Origin: Candidatus Latescibacterota bacterium
GTDB lineage: Bacteria; Latescibacterota; UBA2968; GCA-2709665
DNA: 64,000 nucleotides
Assembly (NCBI GenBank): GCA_965116875.1
Contig: OZ220733.1
Span: 3,072,001-3,136,000, forward strand
Direction: 5' to 3'
This document shows positions 58,902 through 64,000 of the stretch, piece by piece. The notes under the pieces were generated by a model that saw only the letters and a list, made by a program, of their open reading frames with translations, was not told the DNA's origin and did no database searches. The translations under genes were made by a program, and so were the position numbers. Position 1 is the first letter of the stretch. Each line of letters opens with the position of its first letter.

Positions 58902-59297
58902 ATGCGAATGGCGATATGTCTTGTTGTCCTTGTCATAGTGGCGGGGTGTGGGAGAGATCCAAAGGGTTTGCAGGCCGAAGAACTGTCGGATCTGCTGTCC
59001 ATCACGAACCTGTCCGCGCAACCGGTGTACGATCGGGGTGATCCGCCCCGGATTGTCGCGGTGCGGATCGAGGCGGACGTGGTCCACGTTGGAGATGTAC
59101 CGATCAACGAACCGTTTGTGCTGACCTGGCGGCTCGTTGACGATCGGAATGAAACGGTGGGAGAGGGTTCGAAGCGACTTGAGGGAAATATGGAACCCGG
59201 CGCGGTACGGCGCGTGACGTTGACCGTGGAATTCGAAGCCCGGGAAAGCGTTGCGGGACTGAGGAACGTGGCTACATTCGATCCCGTGTCCGGATAG
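58902..59297 (+). CDS. Small lipoprotein with an Ig-like beta-rich domain
   Basis: Lipobox VAGC; MEPGAVRRVTL. Confidence 0.65.
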   Translation: MRMAICLVVLVIVAGCGRDPKGLQAEELSDLLSITNLSAQPVYDRGDPPRIVAVRIEADVVHVGDVPINEPFVLTWRLVDDRNETVGEGSKRLEGNMEPGAVRRVTLTVEFEARESVAGLRNVATFDPVSG

Positions 59298-59464
59298 GCC
59301 AGAAATGCCTTGATTGCCTATTCCGGATGTGGTATTTTCCCGCCTTGACCGCCACTTTTTCGCTCGCGTTCGGGAACTCACCGGTAATTCTAAGACAGCT
59401 TCTTACATACAGGGATCCCGTCTCCGGCGCCTTTGCCGGGTTTTTTTCGCCTGGAAGGGAACGA

Positions 59465-60181
59465 ATGGAACTCTACGTCATCCGCCATGGGCAATCGGCA
59501 AACAACGCGATGGCAGAAGGCGGCCGCCGGGTGTGTGATCCGCCGTTGACCGAAATCGGAGAAGCGCAGGCAGATCGACTTGCGGGCTACCTGGCCGCGG
59601 ACGGGGGAGGGGCTGACGGGATTCACCCCGCGGGGATGCAGCAGAATTGTGCCGGTTTTTTGTTCGACAGGATTTTTTCGAGCCCGATGCTGCGCGCAAT
59701 GCAGACTGCGGCGCCGGCAGGAAAGGCGATGGGCATCCGGCCCGAGATCTGGATTGATATTCACGAGGAGGGCGGAATCTGGCTGGATGAGGGGGACGGC
59801 AGGGGAGAGGTGGGGTATTCCGGTCTCACAGCCAGCGAAATCAACTCGCGGTTCCCGGAATTCGTGGTGCCCGAAGCGATCACGGACGAGGGTTGGTGGA
59901 ACCGGCCGCCGGAGATAAAGGAGGTATGGCGCGCACGTGCGAGGCGGGTGGCATCCGTGATCCACGATCGGTTTGCCGGTACCGAGGAGCGGATAGCGCT
60001 GGTGTGCCACGGGGGATTTGCCAACGACCTGCTCCACGCCGTGTTCGCGGGTATGCCGGACGGCGTCTATTTCGAAAGCCCCAATACCGCCGTCAGCCGG
60101 CTGGATTTCAACGGCAAAGGATGGGTGCAGATCCGGTACCTGAACCGCGTGGCCCACCTCCCGCCGGAACTGATTACGTGA
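59465..60181 (+). CDS. Histidine phosphatase (phosphoglycerate mutase) family protein
   Basis: RHGQS, SSPMLRAMQTA, VCHGG. Confidence 0.92.
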   Translation: MELYVIRHGQSANNAMAEGGRRVCDPPLTEIGEAQADRLAGYLAADGGGADGIHPAGMQQNCAGFLFDRIFSSPMLRAMQTAAPAGKAMGIRPEIWIDIHEEGGIWLDEGDGRGEVGYSGLTASEINSRFPEFVVPEAITDEGWWNRPPEIKEVWRARARRVASVIHDRFAGTEERIALVCHGGFANDLLHAVFAGMPDGVYFESPNTAVSRLDFNGKGWVQIRYLNRVAHLPPELIT

Positions 60182-60271
60182 GACGTCGGGCCAGGGCACT
60201 CAGGTCGGAAGATGGAAGTTCAAACTCAATTCGAAAATTACAGCGGTAGAATGGCCACAAAGAGCCTGAGT

Positions 60272-60397
60272 GCGGGTAGAGGGTAGAGGGAAGACGGGAG
60301 AAGAATCCCTTGCCCGAATAGTTATTCCTTTTTGCCTCCGGCGGGAGAAGTAACTTCATAAGGCAGGTAATCTCTCCCCTCTACCGTCTCACGCCTA
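60272..60397 (+). repeat. Dispersed long-hairpin element, copy 5
   Basis: Core TTGCCCG..GCCTCCGGC..CATAAGGCAGGTAATCTCTCCCCTCTACCGTC. Confidence 0.8.
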
Positions 60398-60486
60398 CCT
60401 GCTTCTGAGGTGTCGGGGGGTGAGCCAGCGACCTCAGACTCGCATCGTTAACCCTTCGTTTCACATTCGCATCGAGGTGTTTCATT

Positions 60487-61494
60487 ATGGCAAGACCCGA
60501 AGTGATTCTTTCCGGATTCGCCGATGAGGGTCCCGTGAACAAGCGGGCGGAAGAGCAGCTGACCATGATGTCAGCCCTCGGGCTTTCGTATTACACGATC
60601 AGGTTCATCGATCTTGGCAACGGCGTGAAGAACGTCATGGAACTTTCGGACGAGGAAGTACAACGGCTTCAGGACCTGCACGGCGCGTTTCAGATCGGCG
60701 TGTCGAGCGTGGGATCTCCGCTCGGCAAAGTCAAGCTCGTGGACGAGGACGACGGCACGCAGAACCGGTACGTCCCGTTCGAGTCCTATCTGAAGAACGA
60801 CGTTCAGCGGGCGATCGATCTGGCGCACGCCTTCAACACCAGACTGATCCGCGGGTTCAGTTATTACCATCCACACGGGCAGGACCCATGGCCGTACCTG
60901 GACCGGGCGGCGGATCAGCTGGGAGCAATCGTCGAAACGTGCGCTTCGGCAGGGGTGGTTTACGGCATGGAGGTGGAGGCCGATCTGATTGGCGGGGACG
61001 GGGACACATTGATCGCTTTGTATGAAAAAATCAACAGTCCCCATGTGTGCATCATTCCGGACGTGGGTAACATGGAGTCCAGCGGCCACAGCCCGGACAG
61101 CGCGTATGAGCACTACGTCAAGATGAAACCCGGCGTGGGATGGATACACATCAAGGGGTTCAACAATCCGTCGAACCAGCCCATGCTGGATGCGGCCGGG
61201 GACCGGGGATTGACCCGGTTCATCCCCGTGGACCGGGGCGATTCGGGTCACGAGCAGGTTCTGCGGGATTTCCGGACGCTGGTGCCTGAGATTCAGGGGC
61301 GTCTGTCGCCGCTGGGCGTGCCGGGCGTATTCGTGGATCTGGAGCCGCACGTGAAGGGCGGCGGGCAGTTTGGAGGCGTGAGCGGTGTGGACGGGTTCGG
61401 CGTGGCCTTTCGAAGTCTCTGCCGTCTTCTGGATTACCTGGAGTTCGACTATCGGCTGACGGGCTACGAAGATATCTCCAATCCCGCGTCGTAA
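60487..61494 (+). CDS. Sugar phosphate isomerase/epimerase (xylose isomerase-like TIM barrel)
   Basis: SGFADE, SPLGK, IRGFS, DVGN, HIK, LEPH. Confidence 0.85.
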   Translation: MARPEVILSGFADEGPVNKRAEEQLTMMSALGLSYYTIRFIDLGNGVKNVMELSDEEVQRLQDLHGAFQIGVSSVGSPLGKVKLVDEDDGTQNRYVPFESYLKNDVQRAIDLAHAFNTRLIRGFSYYHPHGQDPWPYLDRAADQLGAIVETCASAGVVYGMEVEADLIGGDGDTLIALYEKINSPHVCIIPDVGNMESSGHSPDSAYEHYVKMKPGVGWIHIKGFNNPSNQPMLDAAGDRGLTRFIPVDRGDSGHEQVLRDFRTLVPEIQGRLSPLGVPGVFVDLEPHVKGGGQFGGVSGVDGFGVAFRSLCRLLDYLEFDYRLTGYEDISNPAS

Positions 61495-61569
61495 GCCGTC
61501 GCGGGCACAAAACGCCAGGGGTGCGGGTCTTGCGCCCCTGGCCTTTTTTCTTTTCAGACCGAGGCCTGC

Positions 61570-63855
61570 GTGGCAGCATCCTCCCTTCCGCCGGAATCCA
61601 ACAGGGTCACCTTCGCCCGGAGTCTGGGCTGCTTCGACGCTTCGATGATCGGCATCGGCGCGATGATCGGCGCGGGGATCTTCGTGCTGACCGGGATCGC
61701 GGCCGGCGAGGCAGGCCCCGCGTCGATCCTGGCATTTGCGCTGAACGGCCTGGTCACCCTGATCACGGCGTTCTGTTACGCCGAACTCGCCTCGGCGATT
61801 CCCGAGGCCGGCGGCGGCTATTCGTTCGTCAAGAAGGCGTTTCCCGGTCCGGTTGGGTTCCTGTCGGGATGGATGCTCTGGTTCGCCTATACGGTGGCAT
61901 GCAGTCTCTACGCGCTCGGCTTTGCGGGCTACTTCTGGGAATTCTTCCACAAATATCTGCCTGACGTCAGCCGTACCATTCAGGCGACGACCGGCATTCA
62001 GCCTTCGGTTGCGCTGGTGACGGTGATCGTCAGCTGCGTCTTCGTATGGCTGAACGTCCGCGGCACGGAGGTCACGGGCAAGGCGGAGAACGTGATCACC
62101 ATCTCCAAGATTGTCGTGCTCCTGGTTTTCGTCTGGTTCGGGCTGATGCACATCTTCGCGGCGCCCGCACAGGCGGCGAAGAGCTTCTCCCCGTTCTTTC
62201 CGAAGGGTCTCGGGGGCGTTCTGGTGGCCATGGGGTTGACGTTCATCGCCTTCGAAGGGTACGATCTGATTGCAACGGTCGCCGAAGAAATCAAACAACC
62301 CGAGATCAATATTCCAAAGGCCACGTTCATTTCCCTGGGCGTGACCGTGGTTGTCTATCTTCTGATCGTCTTTGTCTCTCTGGGCGCGGTCCAGCCGGAG
62401 GCCACCACGTCGTGGGAGTTCCTGGGTCAATATCAGGAGACTGCGATTGTGAAGGCGGCAGACAGTTTCATGCCTGCGTTCGGTGTGGCAACCATCGTTT
62501 TCGGCGGGCTTCTGTCCACCATGTCCGCGCTGAACGCCACCGTGCTGGCTTCCAGCCGCGTGGCCTTTTCCATGGGCAGGGACCGGTGGCTGCCGCCGGG
62601 AATGGCCCTGATTCACTCCCAGAGGCGGACCCCGCACGTCGCGATTCTCGTTACGGGTGCGATCCTGACGGGCATCGCGTTGCTTCTTCCCATCCACGTG
62701 GTCGGCTCGGCGGCCAGCCTGATGTTCCTGCTTACGTTTACGCTCGTGAACCTGTCGCTGCTTGTCCTGCGGCGCCGGGCGCCGGAAATCGAGCGCAGGT
62801 ACAGAGTGCCGCTGTTCCCCTGGCTCCCGCTGCTTGGCGCGGCGTCGAATATGCTCCTGGCGATCTACCAGTTTCGTTTCGATCCAATGGCCTGGTACGT
62901 CGCCCTGGGATGGATCGTGGCGGGGTTTTTCGCGTATACCATCCACTTCCGGAAGGAATCGGGTGAGGCCGAGCCCCACGTGCTGGACGCCCTTCCCCTT
63001 GAGACCTCCCGCGCGCCGTACGGGGTCCTGGTACCCGTGGCCAATCCGGGTACGATCGAGTCGCTGCTGGATATCTCGATACCCATCGTGAAAGCGAGGA
63101 ACGGCGACCTGATTGTCAATACCACCGTCGAGGTGCCGATTCAGCTGCCCATCCAGGAAGGCATGAAGTACATCAACCACCGGATGCCCCTCCTGCGTAC
63201 GGCCCAGGCCCACGCGCAGAAACAGAATCTGCGCACGGTATCGGACATCCGTGTGGCCCACCGCGTGGACGAAGGTATTCTCTCGGCGGTCTCGGATGAG
63301 CACGCGGACCTGCTTGTGATCGGATGGAAGGGTTTTACGACCACGCGCGAACGGATTTTCGGCGAGGTGCTGGACAGGGTGGTGAACCGGGCAACTGCGG
63401 ACGTGATGGTGGTCAAGCTGCAGGAACGTGCCAGGTTCGATCGCATCCTGCTCCCCACGGCCGGGGGACCCCATACGCGGTTCGCCGTTGCGTTGCTCGA
63501 GCCGATTGTGGCGGCCTACGGCTCTCGTGTGACGGCCTGCTACGTGATACCGGAAGATGCGGACGAGGAGCGGGAAAAGGAAGCCATGCGGTGGATGCGG
63601 CAGACGCTGCGGAACGCAGACCTCGGTGAGGTGGAATGCCGCGCGATCCGTTCCCGGTCCGTGCCGGCGGGCATTGCCAGGGCAGGCGCAGATTTCGATC
63701 TGATCGTGATGGGCGCGGCCAATACGGGCCTGTTCCAGCAGCTTCTGTTCGGGGAGGTGCCGGACCGCGTGGGACGCTACGCCAAGACGTCGGTGATGCT
63801 CGTCAAACAGCGGGAAGGCCGCGGGAAGGCGTGGCTGCGGCGGCTGATGAGTTGA
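61570..63855 (+). CDS. APC amino acid permease fused to two universal stress protein domains
   Basis: GAMIGAGIF, AGGGY, AFEGY; VLVPVANP and ILLPTAGGP..IVMGA USP motifs. Confidence 0.9.
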   Translation: MAASSLPPESNRVTFARSLGCFDASMIGIGAMIGAGIFVLTGIAAGEAGPASILAFALNGLVTLITAFCYAELASAIPEAGGGYSFVKKAFPGPVGFLSGWMLWFAYTVACSLYALGFAGYFWEFFHKYLPDVSRTIQATTGIQPSVALVTVIVSCVFVWLNVRGTEVTGKAENVITISKIVVLLVFVWFGLMHIFAAPAQAAKSFSPFFPKGLGGVLVAMGLTFIAFEGYDLIATVAEEIKQPEINIPKATFISLGVTVVVYLLIVFVSLGAVQPEATTSWEFLGQYQETAIVKAADSFMPAFGVATIVFGGLLSTMSALNATVLASSRVAFSMGRDRWLPPGMALIHSQRRTPHVAILVTGAILTGIALLLPIHVVGSAASLMFLLTFTLVNLSLLVLRRRAPEIERRYRVPLFPWLPLLGAASNMLLAIYQFRFDPMAWYVALGWIVAGFFAYTIHFRKESGEAEPHVLDALPLETSRAPYGVLVPVANPGTIESLLDISIPIVKARNGDLIVNTTVEVPIQLPIQEGMKYINHRMPLLRTAQAHAQKQNLRTVSDIRVAHRVDEGILSAVSDEHADLLVIGWKGFTTTRERIFGEVLDRVVNRATADVMVVKLQERARFDRILLPTAGGPHTRFAVALLEPIVAAYGSRVTACYVIPEDADEEREKEAMRWMRQTLRNADLGEVECRAIRSRSVPAGIARAGADFDLIVMGAANTGLFQQLLFGEVPDRVGRYAKTSVMLVKQREGRGKAWLRRLMS

Positions 63856-63898
63856 GCCGAAGTACCGAAATTGGTTTATTCGATCACGAGGAGATGGC

Positions 63899-64000
63899 AT
63901 GTTGAACGGAGGCGCGATCACGCTGGACATCACACCGCCGCTGGGCACGCTGATTCCAGGGCTGTTTCACGAACGCAGGGCGGAGGGCGTCCACGATCCG
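63899..64000 (+). CDS. Partial gene with neutral/alkaline ceramidase-like N-terminus
   Basis: Manual translation MLNGGAITLDITPPLG..G...R.AEGVHDP. Confidence 0.65.
   Translation, partial: MLNGGAITLDITPPLGTLIPGLFHERRAEGVHDP

Noticed and set aside
60571-63948. 1125-aa ORF on the - strand
   Set aside because: Antisense shadow of the TIM-barrel and permease genes.

Overview
GC-rich bacterial chromosome segment. The gene content (GWxTD/TPR proteins, DUF5069, heparinase-like lyase, several Gfo/Idh/MocA enzymes, dense REP-like repeats) suggests a Latescibacterota/FCB-like organism; this is inference only. About 45 genes are present: catabolic enzymes, two type II toxin-antitoxin pairs, recJ, uppP, cutC, an RND efflux system and a complete IS1182 inserted into the centre of a hairpin. 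Five things stand out. (1) A tandem array of five (plus one nearby) seven-bladed Kelch/galactose-oxidase-like beta-propeller lipoproteins with hypervariable loops, patchwork mosaicism and an ordered set of repeated spacer modules. (2) Three tandem large GWxTD/TPR proteins, two carrying an embedded pilin-like segment. (3) A PspA-DUF4178-DUF350-aminopropyltransferase module split into two convergent halves. (4) A dispersed ~130-bp hairpin element with a conserved GCC-GNA-GGC tip. (5) Several other REP/STR families. No rRNA, tRNA, CRISPR array, integrase or reverse transcriptase was recognised. All family calls come from motif recognition by eye, not from database searches.
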